A stretch of DNA of 64,000 bases from Eubacteriales bacterium (lineage in GTDB: Bacteria > Bacillota > Clostridia > Christensenellales > CAG-138): assembly GCA_034933205.1 (NCBI GenBank), contig JAYFNY010000012.1, forward strand, positions 10,671 through 74,670, read 5' to 3'. The notes beneath the pieces were generated by a model. That model searched no databases, was not told the origin of the DNA, and saw only the letters and a program-made list of their open reading frames with translations. Positions 49,531 to 58,951 of the stretch are shown piece after piece; position 1 is the first letter of the stretch; each line of letters opens with the position of its first letter. A program made the translations under genes and the position numbers.

Positions 49531-51279
49531 TTATGCCTCCAATCTGACTGCCAGCATCAAGCGGAAGTCCGGATACACTTGTGTACCTTTCTTATGCTCA
49601 GATTCAATGGTGGCCTTCTCTTTTTCCAGCTTCGCCAATCGGCCTCGGCGGATATTTTCTATTCCGATATGCTCAGCAGCTTCCATCCGGAGCTTTAAAG
49701 CATACATATATTTGTTATAGCTTTCCTGATTCAGCTGCAGTTGCTTCCCCTTCAATTCCATGAAGGTATCATAAGCGAATTCCATGCTGAGCTTCTCAAG
49801 ATTTTCATATTTCTCTGCCTTTATATTTGGAGCAGTTCCAATCGTCAAACGACTGGTGCCATCAAGGAAAACATCCATCAAACGCTTTCCTGCCATCGGA
49901 CGTAAAATCATATCATCATTTACAAAGATGGGGATAATACGCTTTCCGCTTTCATCATCAGATATAGAAAGCTCCCACAACATAAAATAACCGGCCTCAT
50001 TGGGGAAATTAGCAATGCTCACTGAAAGCAGCGGATTTGTTCTATCCTGAAGAATTTCTGTCCGCAAATGTTTTGTAATTTCTTCATCACCAATACTGAT
50101 ACGGTCAATCAGCCGAGGGTCATTGCCTTTCCAGCACTCATAATAGGTCATCATGGTACGAAGGGCCACATCCACATCAAAATCAGATTCTGTTCCAACC
50201 AGACGTGTCAAATCCTTTTCTTCACGGATAACATCCTTATATTTCTTTGCATTGGCGAGCTGCTGCTTCATCTCGGCTTCAACCGGATAGGTATTCTTTT
50301 CAACCTGTCCCGGATGACCAACGGAACGCATATAGACCTCAGTAAAATCACACTCAGCGACTTCGCTGTCTAAAACATCGGAGTATTTATCTACGCCCAT
50401 TTCCTTCAAAATTACAGACAACTTTTCTTCCAGCACTTCACGCACACGATTTTCCACTGTATCCGAAACGATAAAGTTATAAATATGTACGTCTCTCTGC
50501 TGGCCAATACGGTCTGCACGACCACAGCGCTGCTCGATTTTCATCGGGTTCCAAGGCAGATCATAGTTGACGATGATATTTGCAAACTGAAGGTTGAGAC
50601 CTTCCCCACCAGCATCAGTCGAAATAAAGATACTGGTACTGTTCTTGAATTCCTGCATAGCTTCGTTTCGTTCTTCGATATCCATGCTACCGTTTAAGAC
50701 CGTAACAGAGAAGCCGCGATTTGTCAGAAGCTCCTGCAGATATTTCTGTGTGGCAACAAACTCCGTGAAGATAATGATTTTCTGGGTCTTGTCATCGCTC
50801 ATTATGGCATCAATGGTTTCCAGTAACGGCTGTGTTACAAGACCGGTCGGACAAACCACAAGTACTCGGCTGACAAGTCCACGGCTCTTCAGTTCTTTGA
50901 CAATCATCCCGGCTTCGATCGTTTTGCCGAGACCAACTTCGTCCGCCAGAATATAGCGGATATTGTTTGTCTCCATTGCGCGATTGAGCACATGAAGCTG
51001 ATGCGGCAACGGGATAATACCGCTTGCCAGTGACGAAAGGAAGCCTCCGGCGGTCTCGTTTTTGATTTTTGAAAGCTGTACAACATATCGCAGATAATTC
51101 TCATCGTAGCGAATGCTACCGACTTCTGAATTCAATTGTTCTTCTGTCGCTTTGTAGACATGGCCGGTAGCCGGATTGAAAACCTTGTAGGAAACATAGC
51201 CCCATACTTCAATTTTCTCCAGTACCTGCACATTCGCTTGTTCCAGCGTGTCAAAAGCGAAATCGCCGATTTCCAGCAT
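49531..51279 (-). CDS. brxHII: BrxHII-like SNF2-family helicase lacking the DExH (motif II/III) segment
   Basis: Motif I LADEVGLGKT and motif Ia VVCPTGLVTQ run directly into helicase-C motifs (IIIFTEF..., STDAGGEGLNLQ, QRCGRADRIGQ). There is no DExH box anywhere in the 582 aa. Confidence 0.75.
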   Translation of the reverse strand: MLEIGDFAFDTLEQANVQVLEKIEVWGYVSYKVFNPATGHVYKATEEQLNSEVGSIRYDENYLRYVVQLSKIKNETAGGFLSSLASGIIPLPHQLHVLNRAMETNNIRYILADEVGLGKTIEAGMIVKELKSRGLVSRVLVVCPTGLVTQPLLETIDAIMSDDKTQKIIIFTEFVATQKYLQELLTNRGFSVTVLNGSMDIEERNEAMQEFKNSTSIFISTDAGGEGLNLQFANIIVNYDLPWNPMKIEQRCGRADRIGQQRDVHIYNFIVSDTVENRVREVLEEKLSVILKEMGVDKYSDVLDSEVAECDFTEVYMRSVGHPGQVEKNTYPVEAEMKQQLANAKKYKDVIREEKDLTRLVGTESDFDVDVALRTMMTYYECWKGNDPRLIDRISIGDEEITKHLRTEILQDRTNPLLSVSIANFPNEAGYFMLWELSISDDESGKRIIPIFVNDDMILRPMAGKRLMDVFLDGTSRLTIGTAPNIKAEKYENLEKLSMEFAYDTFMELKGKQLQLNQESYNKYMYALKLRMEAAEHIGIENIRRGRLAKLEKEKATIESEHKKGTQVYPDFRLMLAVRLEA

Positions 51280-51290
51280 TCCTCTTCACC

Positions 51291-53786
51291 TCAATCTTTG
51301 ATACGACCTAAGCTAATATCGTAGTACATCAAGAGATTTGCATCCTCCTGAATTGTCTGCTCCGGCAGACGCTCTGCAATGTCCACGATGGCCTTGTAGT
51401 TTTTGTCCTTCCACAGCCGAGAGAAGCCCACACGGACTGCTTCGGAACGGAACAGTTTGAGCTTGCCCTTGCTGCTCATATAACCTTCGAACTCTTTCCA
51501 GAGATTCTTCTCACGCAGTTTGGTAACGTCACCTTCTTTGGTCACATCAGGGATATACCAGCGGCCCTTCTCATCCTGAAGGAAGTTTTCTTCAAGAAGA
51601 ACAGCTAACTCTGGCATAGATTCATATTGATCTACTGACTTTACTTCCTGCATGAACTTTGGCTGAAGCTGTGCGTATGTCTGTGGCCCGTCAAAATCTT
51701 CGCTAAGTTGTTGATAAAGCCAAGAAATTGCAGTTTTTTCATTTGTAACAAATAAACTGAATTGGATAGGCTCAACATCCGCCTTGATTCGAGCTTTATC
51801 ATACTCGTTTACTTGGTTTGGCAGGAAATACATGTCATCGCGTTTCAAATACCTGCTATCCAGTCCCCTGAAAAAACTTGTAGAGTCGATAGGTACAGCA
51901 ATTCCTTGCACGATATGATATGCCACCATTCTGTCGTAAAGCAAATATGCTTGACGTTCTGTTACGATTTTTATTTTATCATCCTGAATAACGACTTTTG
52001 GTACCTTTTCAAGATGTTGCCGGACAAAGTCCCACACTGTTTCCTCACTACCAATATCTTGAGAGAATTTTTTGCGAAACTCGCCCATAGGTTTATATGC
52101 TGAAATTACCAAATCCTGTTTTATTGCCTGACTTGCTTCTTTTACTTGGTTAAAGCTATCTCGCTTTTTATCCAAAACTCTGACATCTGCCACAACAAAT
52201 CCTGCAGATTGTATTGCTTCCTGAATTGAATTCCACACAGCATTTTTTGAATTATGAAATTCAATAGTAATCCAACGACCAGGCTTGAGAATCCTACAGT
52301 CCTCCAAAAAACAATTTGACATTAACTGTTGATAATCCAAAAGATTCTTTCCATGAAGTTGGCTTACAATCGCCTCCCTTTTTTCATTCGTAAATACATT
52401 AAGCCAAGATTCCCATATAAAATTCAGTTCCGAATACATGATATTGCTTCCAAAAGGAGGGTCAGTAAAAATATAATCAATAGTATTATCCGGAATCTGA
52501 GGAACCGCAGTTGAACTTTGGGTTGTAATCAATACATTTCCTTCGGAATAATTTGAGTAAGCCTTTGAATAATCTCGAACTGCATCTCTGAATTGATTGA
52601 TAATGTTCAGTTCCTTCACCAACGATGGTATATAAAGCGTTCCTGGAGTAGGGCCGCCTCCTGCGCCCCATGTGCCACTTTGATATGTCAATGCATATCG
52701 CTTAGTCATTCTAAATAACAGCTTTGAGACAATACTTTTTATTCTCAAACTACCATTTGTCCAGAGATAACTTAATGCCAAAAGAGAACGTTTATAGTAA
52801 AATTGATATGATCGTGTAATTCCACGCGTAATGGCTTCTTGAGTCTTTTCTCCATTTGGTATAATCGCGATTGGAATAAAGCCTTCCACCGGAGTATCCT
52901 CTATCTTTTTGATAATATCGAGGTCATATTCATCGGTTTTTTTGGTACCGCGTGCAGCACCACTATATCCGATAAACACTGGGATTTGCTTGTAGGTTTT
53001 GATTGTCTCTCCTATTATTTTGTCATATGAAATTTCAATCGCATGCTGACAGTCATTCTTTTTCAATTTAGCACCACAAGATTGGCAACTAAACTGTGTA
53101 GGTATTTTCCCATTTTCAACATCCACGGCTTCATCCCAGAAGACGAACTCATGCCCACAATGCGGACAAATGAAAACATCAGACCATACGCAAGAGTCTA
53201 CATTGGCCAATACAGTACCGTCGACTTTTGTCTTATACATCCAACCGTACTTTTTTTCACATTCGTCTGCAAGTCTTTGAGCCTCTTTAAAAACCTTATC
53301 GAAGCTATATGATTGGTTGTATGCGTTAGAAATAAATGTAGCTTCGGGAGAAATATCACAAATAATCGCTTTCCGTGGTTCAGTTGGATGAAAAAGGCTA
53401 CCCTCTCCGCATAATTGAGCTGCAACACCAGTCATCCCCGTTCCGCAAAAACCGTCAAAAACAAGGTCACCAGGTTTCGTGTAATGCTCCAAATATTTAA
53501 CAATTGCCGCATGAGGAACTTTTGTATGATAAGGATGCATTCTATACACTGGATTATATTTACCTTCACTTACATCCGCAGCAAAAGGCTCGCAATGATA
53601 GTCATCCGTTGCTTCATCGTAAGGAGTCCCATTTTCCCTGATGAATTCATCTATAAATGGATTAGGACATGCCGTATAAAACGGTGCATTTGAAAGAGCA
53701 ATGATATCTTCATCCTTGGCAATCGGAAAGCCCTCAATGTCGCGAACTTTGTCGATATCCTCTTTCGTTAATTTTCTTGGTTCCAT
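51291..53786 (-). CDS. pglXI: BREX type 3 DNA methyltransferase PglXI (N6-adenine type motifs)
   Basis: SAM motif I VFDGFCGTGMTG (aa ~110) and motif IV TDPPFG (aa ~441). A Cys4 ribbon lies between them (CPHCGHEF...CQSCGAK). Confidence 0.85.
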   Translation of the reverse strand: MEPRKLTKEDIDKVRDIEGFPIAKDEDIIALSNAPFYTACPNPFIDEFIRENGTPYDEATDDYHCEPFAADVSEGKYNPVYRMHPYHTKVPHAAIVKYLEHYTKPGDLVFDGFCGTGMTGVAAQLCGEGSLFHPTEPRKAIICDISPEATFISNAYNQSYSFDKVFKEAQRLADECEKKYGWMYKTKVDGTVLANVDSCVWSDVFICPHCGHEFVFWDEAVDVENGKIPTQFSCQSCGAKLKKNDCQHAIEISYDKIIGETIKTYKQIPVFIGYSGAARGTKKTDEYDLDIIKKIEDTPVEGFIPIAIIPNGEKTQEAITRGITRSYQFYYKRSLLALSYLWTNGSLRIKSIVSKLLFRMTKRYALTYQSGTWGAGGGPTPGTLYIPSLVKELNIINQFRDAVRDYSKAYSNYSEGNVLITTQSSTAVPQIPDNTIDYIFTDPPFGSNIMYSELNFIWESWLNVFTNEKREAIVSQLHGKNLLDYQQLMSNCFLEDCRILKPGRWITIEFHNSKNAVWNSIQEAIQSAGFVVADVRVLDKKRDSFNQVKEASQAIKQDLVISAYKPMGEFRKKFSQDIGSEETVWDFVRQHLEKVPKVVIQDDKIKIVTERQAYLLYDRMVAYHIVQGIAVPIDSTSFFRGLDSRYLKRDDMYFLPNQVNEYDKARIKADVEPIQFSLFVTNEKTAISWLYQQLSEDFDGPQTYAQLQPKFMQEVKSVDQYESMPELAVLLEENFLQDEKGRWYIPDVTKEGDVTKLREKNLWKEFEGYMSSKGKLKLFRSEAVRVGFSRLWKDKNYKAIVDIAERLPEQTIQEDANLLMYYDISLGRIKD

Positions 53787-53788
53787 CG

Positions 53789-54619
53789 TTACACCTCACT
53801 ATCTTTCCGCTTCACTACGATACGCAGTTTAGCTGCATCTTTTCCCTTGATATAAGACTCCACAATGCTATTCAGCTTGTTCTTGAATGTAGCCACATCA
53901 CAAGGGCCAAGCTCATCCAGCTTTGCAACTATATCCTCCGTATCGATAACCACTGGCTCAAAGCCCTGAAGCAGCGCCTTGATGCTATTCACGAAGTGAT
54001 CGTCTACATGCTTTGGCAGTGTTTTGGTGGAAATAAACTCATCGATGACCTTCTGCTGTTCCGCACTCAAGTACTCCTTCTGGCTAACCACAATCGGGTC
54101 AGAGATTGTGTTGAGCAGCGTATTTGTCCATTCCGTCACCAAATCATCCATGCGAATATCAATGTTGTCCAGTTGCCCGGCTACATTTTTTGCCTTGTCG
54201 CCATAGGTATAGTGGCAGTGAGGGCAAATGTGACTTGTCTTCAACTCAACAGGTGTTAGTTCATAACAGACCTTCAGATCAGCCATATCCTGTTCAATGG
54301 CAGTCAGCTTTGCACCTGAAAGGATCTCTATGCTACGCAGCTTGCGCAGATTTGCCAGTGCAACACTTTCCTGCAATTTTCCACGGCGCTTTGCATCCTC
54401 GATGTCAAGGCGCTTTTTCTTATGCTCCTCAAAGTACATCGTAATGTATTTATCTTTCAGTTTATCCAGTTCGGTCGTAACCTTCTGCGCTGCCGTTTCA
54501 CCGGAAGCGCCATCTGCGATGTCGTCTCTGATTTCGCGAAAGGCTGCCTTTCCGGCCTCAAGCTCCTGCTTGAAAACTGCTCCAAGATCAAGGAACTCAA
54601 TATTAGCAATATAGCTCAC
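53789..54619 (-). CDS. brxC: Probable C-terminal fragment of BrxC (split gene); GTG start may be fortuitous
   Basis: 276-aa helical protein with CPHCHYTY. Added to the upstream 5' fragment it reaches the ~1200+ aa expected for a type 3 BrxC. Its stop is 2 nt from the pglXI start. Confidence 0.5.
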   Translation of the reverse strand: MSYIANIEFLDLGAVFKQELEAGKAAFREIRDDIADGASGETAAQKVTTELDKLKDKYITMYFEEHKKKRLDIEDAKRRGKLQESVALANLRKLRSIEILSGAKLTAIEQDMADLKVCYELTPVELKTSHICPHCHYTYGDKAKNVAGQLDNIDIRMDDLVTEWTNTLLNTISDPIVVSQKEYLSAEQQKVIDEFISTKTLPKHVDDHFVNSIKALLQGFEPVVIDTEDIVAKLDELGPCDVATFKNKLNSIVESYIKGKDAAKLRIVVKRKDSEV

Positions 54620-54659
54620 AACTGCAGAGCAATCTGTCTTTCGTAATTATTTCATTCAA

Positions 54660-55904
54660 CTATTCAACCAGGCAGCGTGGCATCGGTATTTTGGACGCTA
54701 TGAATGCTGAAATCCCGAGAGGCACTATATAAGTCACCGGGAAGCACAGCAGAAGCACAGCGATAACTGTCACAGGCTTTCTCATTATATATCCATATAT
54801 GGCACCGCACACAACTGCTACTGCATATGCCCCATCCATTCCTGTCATCAGTGCAAAAGCAAATCCAATGGCTACTCCCGAGAAAATTATAGGGAATATG
54901 CTTCCACCTCTCCAACCCATATTCAGGCAGAAATTGACCAGGAATAGCTTGCACACTGCGATAACGAAAAGCACCGATACGCTCATTGTCTGCCAATCTG
55001 CCATAATTGTACCCATATCGGTTTCTCCCGACAACATTGTAAGGGGTACGTACCAGCCTACCAAAGCAAGCACCGCTCCGCCAAGCATGCATCTTACAAT
55101 TATGTGATCTTTCAACTTATTGCCAATCATTGATGTCAGCTTATTGAATATCAAATATATAAATGCTCCGGCAATACCTGCGAGTATCAATGGGATTATC
55201 CATTTCCACTGTTCAATGCCGTAGCCATGTGCTCTGTCAAATCTTGAAAGGCCCATTCCGCCGCCAAGGACTGCAGTCAGTCCTTTTACGATCAACATCC
55301 CCCCTGCTACTCCGCACACATAAACAAATATTCTGGTTTTTTTATCGACAAGCTTTGCCTTGTAATGTTCGTTTTCATTATCGGGTTCAAGGCTGTCGAT
55401 TATTCCAAATAACGGCGATCCAAAAATCACTCCCAGCGTAGCGGACATGCCTGTTTCCGCCAGCGCAGCCACTTTTTCTCCTTTGTACCTGAGTCTGTCA
55501 CCTACCAGGCAGCAAAGCCCGGCTATTATGCCGGTAAGACCTGCTTCAGGTCCTAATGCCCCGCCGAAGATCAACGGGAGCAATGCAGACACCGCCAGAA
55601 TATGAAGATTATCATATGGGTATCTACCGTCTTTGTGAATCTTTCCCAAAACTACAGGCAGCTCATCTGGAAGCAGTCCGTATTTTTTCTGCCACAAACC
55701 TATAAGGCATCCTCCGATGAGGCATACCGTCATGAAGTATATCAGGCTGCCGTCAGCGTTGAACTTTTCCGGCAGCCAAGTCCAGAAAAACTCAATGCCA
55801 AGATCCATTATTTTCAATATCAACCATACTATCGCCCCCGAAGCAGCTCCAAGTATAAATGATAAAATACCAAAAGCAACTATACTGATTATTTTTTTCA
55901 TCAT
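54660..55904 (-). CDS. ClC-family (voltage-gated chloride channel superfamily) membrane protein
   Basis: 414-aa polytopic protein with ClC selectivity-filter-like motifs GGALGPEAG, FGSPLFG and RGGSIFP. Confidence 0.85.
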   Translation of the reverse strand: MMKKIISIVAFGILSFILGAASGAIVWLILKIMDLGIEFFWTWLPEKFNADGSLIYFMTVCLIGGCLIGLWQKKYGLLPDELPVVLGKIHKDGRYPYDNLHILAVSALLPLIFGGALGPEAGLTGIIAGLCCLVGDRLRYKGEKVAALAETGMSATLGVIFGSPLFGIIDSLEPDNENEHYKAKLVDKKTRIFVYVCGVAGGMLIVKGLTAVLGGGMGLSRFDRAHGYGIEQWKWIIPLILAGIAGAFIYLIFNKLTSMIGNKLKDHIIVRCMLGGAVLALVGWYVPLTMLSGETDMGTIMADWQTMSVSVLFVIAVCKLFLVNFCLNMGWRGGSIFPIIFSGVAIGFAFALMTGMDGAYAVAVVCGAIYGYIMRKPVTVIAVLLLCFPVTYIVPLGISAFIASKIPMPRCLVE

Positions 55905-55917
55905 TCAATTCTCCAAT

Positions 55918-55945
55918 ATTATATAGCATAACACTTGCAAATCAA
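55918..55945 (-). promoter_or_regulatory. Candidate promoter of the ClC gene
   Basis: The minus strand reads TTGATT-16 nt-TATAAT, then GGAG 6 nt before ATGATG. It lies inside the AT-rich tail of the brxC 5' fragment ORF. Confidence 0.45.
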
Positions 55946-55964
55946 TTATTCCATTGAAATCATA

Positions 55965-58937
55965 TCAACAAAATCGAAATTTAACAATGCGATTTTTTAA
56001 GTTTTTACGCATAAAATCCAACTGACATTCTATCAATGGCTTTGAATTTCTTTGGTATATAATCATTTGTAGACAAAACGAACAGTAGTCTTTGAAGGTC
56101 ACATACTCGGCGACGGTTTTGATGAGTGCAATTTGTTCTGCCAGTTCATCAACCTGTTCTCCGGTCAGACTAAAGTTGTTCAACTTCGCTGGTGTGTTAT
56201 ATTTTGCCGAGTAGTTGCTGAACTCGTCACGAACGGCAGTGCAGGCTTTCTGCATCCTATCAACCTGTTGCGCGTTTGCAAGCGGCTCACCCCAGAGTTC
56301 GAAGCCCTCCTGCAGCTTGCGTGCAGCCAGAACAGAGGAATTGCTCAGTTCCTGAGCCTTTGCAAGTAGCTGTTTCACACCTTCCTCACGGTCATTCGGA
56401 TTATCCAGCAGCGCGCCATTGATATCCAGCACCTCAAACAGCTTCTTCAGCTCCACCATAGAAATCTGAGCCGGTCTGGACAGATACTTGAACTCGTACA
56501 AATCCATAACGCCCAGCTTCGATACCTGGTCGAGATTTGAGGCCGTGATGACGGTTCCACTCTTCAGGGTCATCGTTGCATAACCGGCATAAACCATAGA
56601 CAGAAATACAATCGGTGTAAACAGAAAGCTGATCTTGAACTTCTTATCTTCAAACACATCGCCAAACTTCAACTCAAAAATGTCGGAATAGTTGATAACG
56701 CCCTGCGGCGGCAGCTTTTTGAGTAAATCAATAAAGTAAGCAGCATACTTGGAACCTTCCGGACGGATTTTATCGCCATCCAGAATGCCAAAACTCTGCA
56801 GCATCAGTGTTGCAGGTTGCGTCTTGCGTCCTGCAAAGTAATCAAAGGCCTGACGGGCATTTTCTGCCATGTTCTTTCTGGTTACCTTGGTCTTCATGAC
56901 AGGGAACTCCGGATAAATGCTGTCGAAGTATTCATCGAGGCAAACCGATGCTGCAAGGTCAACGGTATCCTTGAAATCCATGTCTCTGTTGTAGCGGCCT
57001 TTCAGCACTTCAATCATCTGGCGTTTTTGGCCCTTATACTGCACTTCAAAGCATGTGTTCTTATTCTCGCCCAAGTACTTGATAAGTCTCTTGCGCACCA
57101 TACCAGCCTTGTTCAGATAGGCATCCTTATCCTTGCCCTCACTGATCTGCGCCAGAGAGTTGGCTGCGGCAAACAGACCGAGCAGCTCCTTAAATTCGTC
57201 TGAGGACTTAAAGAAGAAATACACTTCATCTTCCAGATTTTTCACAGCGATTGTAGTTGCGCTGTACGGCGGCATGATGTGGATATAGAAATCTCTCTCC
57301 GGCTGGGCCGTGCTACGTTCTCCCGGCAGGCCAAGGAACAGATAGCCTTCACGGAAAATGTTATGGGAATCCCAATTCAGGTCTCGCTGGTAGATTTCAA
57401 AGCCCGGAACGTACTGCTTTGCGTCCCAATCCAGACATCCATAAACCAACTGATAGAAGAATCGATTCAACTCGCTATCTGCCATAACAGAAGCTTTCTG
57501 CTTAATCTTCTCGTCATAGTCAACAACCTTGTCCACGTCAATGTAGTACTGATTGTTGCCGTCATTGAAGATGATGAACTGACCGGAAACGGTGGTCATG
57601 ATATCCTTCAAAGTTGTCTTAATCAGAGAAAGCAGAAAGTCTGCATCCTGCTCCGGCATCGGCAGGAAAAGGCACAGATCGTCCTTCATATTTTCAGCAG
57701 TCAGGCCGAATTGTACATCCAGACCATTTGTGGTCAAACGGTGCACACTCAGCGCATAAATAATCTTGATTGCCAACGGTTTATAAGCTGGCTTCGGGAA
57801 AGCACGATTAATAATGTCCTCCAACTGCCCGCTGGCAGTAACGACACGATTGATGGTTACATCACTCTTCAGCAGTCCATTGGACTTGATTGCAGGCCAG
57901 TAATCATCGAAAGAAATAATGCCCGGTGCATTTTCCGGCACTTCTGTATCAAAAATATCCCGAATAGTCGTGGAAATATTCTTCAGAATGTGTCTGTTCT
58001 CAATCAGGTAAATCTTATTAAACACATCAATGTACGAAGGATGAATAGGATACAGATCTACAAACTCCTCCAAGCGAGAGGACATACCTGTATAGAGATT
58101 GGAGAACTTCTCCAGATGCTTACGAATCAAGGCCTTCTGCTCCGGTGACTTTTTCAGAATACGCTCGGAAACAACGTAGGATGTGGCTTCCTTGGTGATG
58201 ATAAGTTGTGTGAAACGGTCAGATACATGCTTCAACGTATCTGAAACGAAGCTGAATCTTGGATTGTCGAAAATCTTCTCCTGCACGCCAAAGATGACGC
58301 GGAGCTTGCTCTTGGAGCACATTTCTCCCAGTGCACGGAAGAACTCCAGATCAAGAACAATCTGGCGCTCGTCACGGGATGTCAAATAAGAAAGGAACTC
58401 ATCAACTACAATCAGATAGCCCTTGTCCGGATATTTTTCAGCGAAAGCAATCATCATATCCTGAATTACTTTTTTGGGATTCCGAACAGTGGCCTGCTCC
58501 GGGAATTCGAAGTCGATATTCCTTTTATCAAAGTCATCCTGAATGTAGCCCGACAGAATATCATAAAGTGACATAGTAACGCCACCAATTTCAATGCGCA
58601 GCACTTCAAATTTGCCTGCGATGCATTCCACATCTTTTGCAAAGGTCTTATTCTGCAGATACTGCAAATTGTCTGCATCTTTAGCAATGGAGGAGATAAC
58701 ACTCATCAAGTGAGATTTACCAGTACCATAGTTACCAACAATAAGCACGCCTTTATTATCAACGACCTCATCCATTTGCAGTTGGTCGATAACCGGTGCT
58801 TTCATACTCTGCGCCATGCCCTCAGACATCACGTAGGTCTTAATGTTATTGATTTCCTCTGCCTTATTGCTGTTGGACTGAATCAACTGCAAGGTAGATT
58901 CAATCGGACTAAAGCTAATAAGCTCTGAATATTTCAT
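55965..58937 (-). CDS. brxC: BREX type 3 BrxC/PglY-like P-loop ATPase, N-terminal ~950 aa, with an apparently foreign ~39-aa tail
   Basis: Walker A LIVGNYGTGKSH and Walker B-like YLIVVDEF. ATG at 58937 lies 8 nt after AAGGAGGA. The last ~39 codons (CSFCLQMIIYQRNSK...) lie in very AT-rich DNA that also holds the ClC promoter. Confidence 0.75.
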   Translation of the reverse strand: MKYSELISFSPIESTLQLIQSNSNKAEEINNIKTYVMSEGMAQSMKAPVIDQLQMDEVVDNKGVLIVGNYGTGKSHLMSVISSIAKDADNLQYLQNKTFAKDVECIAGKFEVLRIEIGGVTMSLYDILSGYIQDDFDKRNIDFEFPEQATVRNPKKVIQDMMIAFAEKYPDKGYLIVVDEFLSYLTSRDERQIVLDLEFFRALGEMCSKSKLRVIFGVQEKIFDNPRFSFVSDTLKHVSDRFTQLIITKEATSYVVSERILKKSPEQKALIRKHLEKFSNLYTGMSSRLEEFVDLYPIHPSYIDVFNKIYLIENRHILKNISTTIRDIFDTEVPENAPGIISFDDYWPAIKSNGLLKSDVTINRVVTASGQLEDIINRAFPKPAYKPLAIKIIYALSVHRLTTNGLDVQFGLTAENMKDDLCLFLPMPEQDADFLLSLIKTTLKDIMTTVSGQFIIFNDGNNQYYIDVDKVVDYDEKIKQKASVMADSELNRFFYQLVYGCLDWDAKQYVPGFEIYQRDLNWDSHNIFREGYLFLGLPGERSTAQPERDFYIHIMPPYSATTIAVKNLEDEVYFFFKSSDEFKELLGLFAAANSLAQISEGKDKDAYLNKAGMVRKRLIKYLGENKNTCFEVQYKGQKRQMIEVLKGRYNRDMDFKDTVDLAASVCLDEYFDSIYPEFPVMKTKVTRKNMAENARQAFDYFAGRKTQPATLMLQSFGILDGDKIRPEGSKYAAYFIDLLKKLPPQGVINYSDIFELKFGDVFEDKKFKISFLFTPIVFLSMVYAGYATMTLKSGTVITASNLDQVSKLGVMDLYEFKYLSRPAQISMVELKKLFEVLDINGALLDNPNDREEGVKQLLAKAQELSNSSVLAARKLQEGFELWGEPLANAQQVDRMQKACTAVRDEFSNYSAKYNTPAKLNNFSLTGEQVDELAEQIALIKTVAEYVTFKDYCSFCLQMIIYQRNSKPLIECQLDFMRKNLKNRIVKFRFC

Positions 58938-58951
58938 CTCGCATTTCCTCC

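Noticed and set aside
54636-56093. GTCTTT hexamer at both ends of the ClC segment as a target-site duplication
   Set aside because: Removing the 1452 bp between the two copies joins the brxC fragments out of frame by 1 nt. A 6-mer match can also arise by chance. No terminal inverted repeats or transposase were seen, so the insertion mechanism is left open.
57279-58148. 289-aa plus-strand ORF inside brxC
   Set aside because: It is antisense to a gene with clear Walker motifs, is Ile/Leu/Asn-rich (a mirror-frame artefact of AT-rich coding DNA) and has no RBS. The same reasoning rejects 45710-46303, which is antisense to rhuM.
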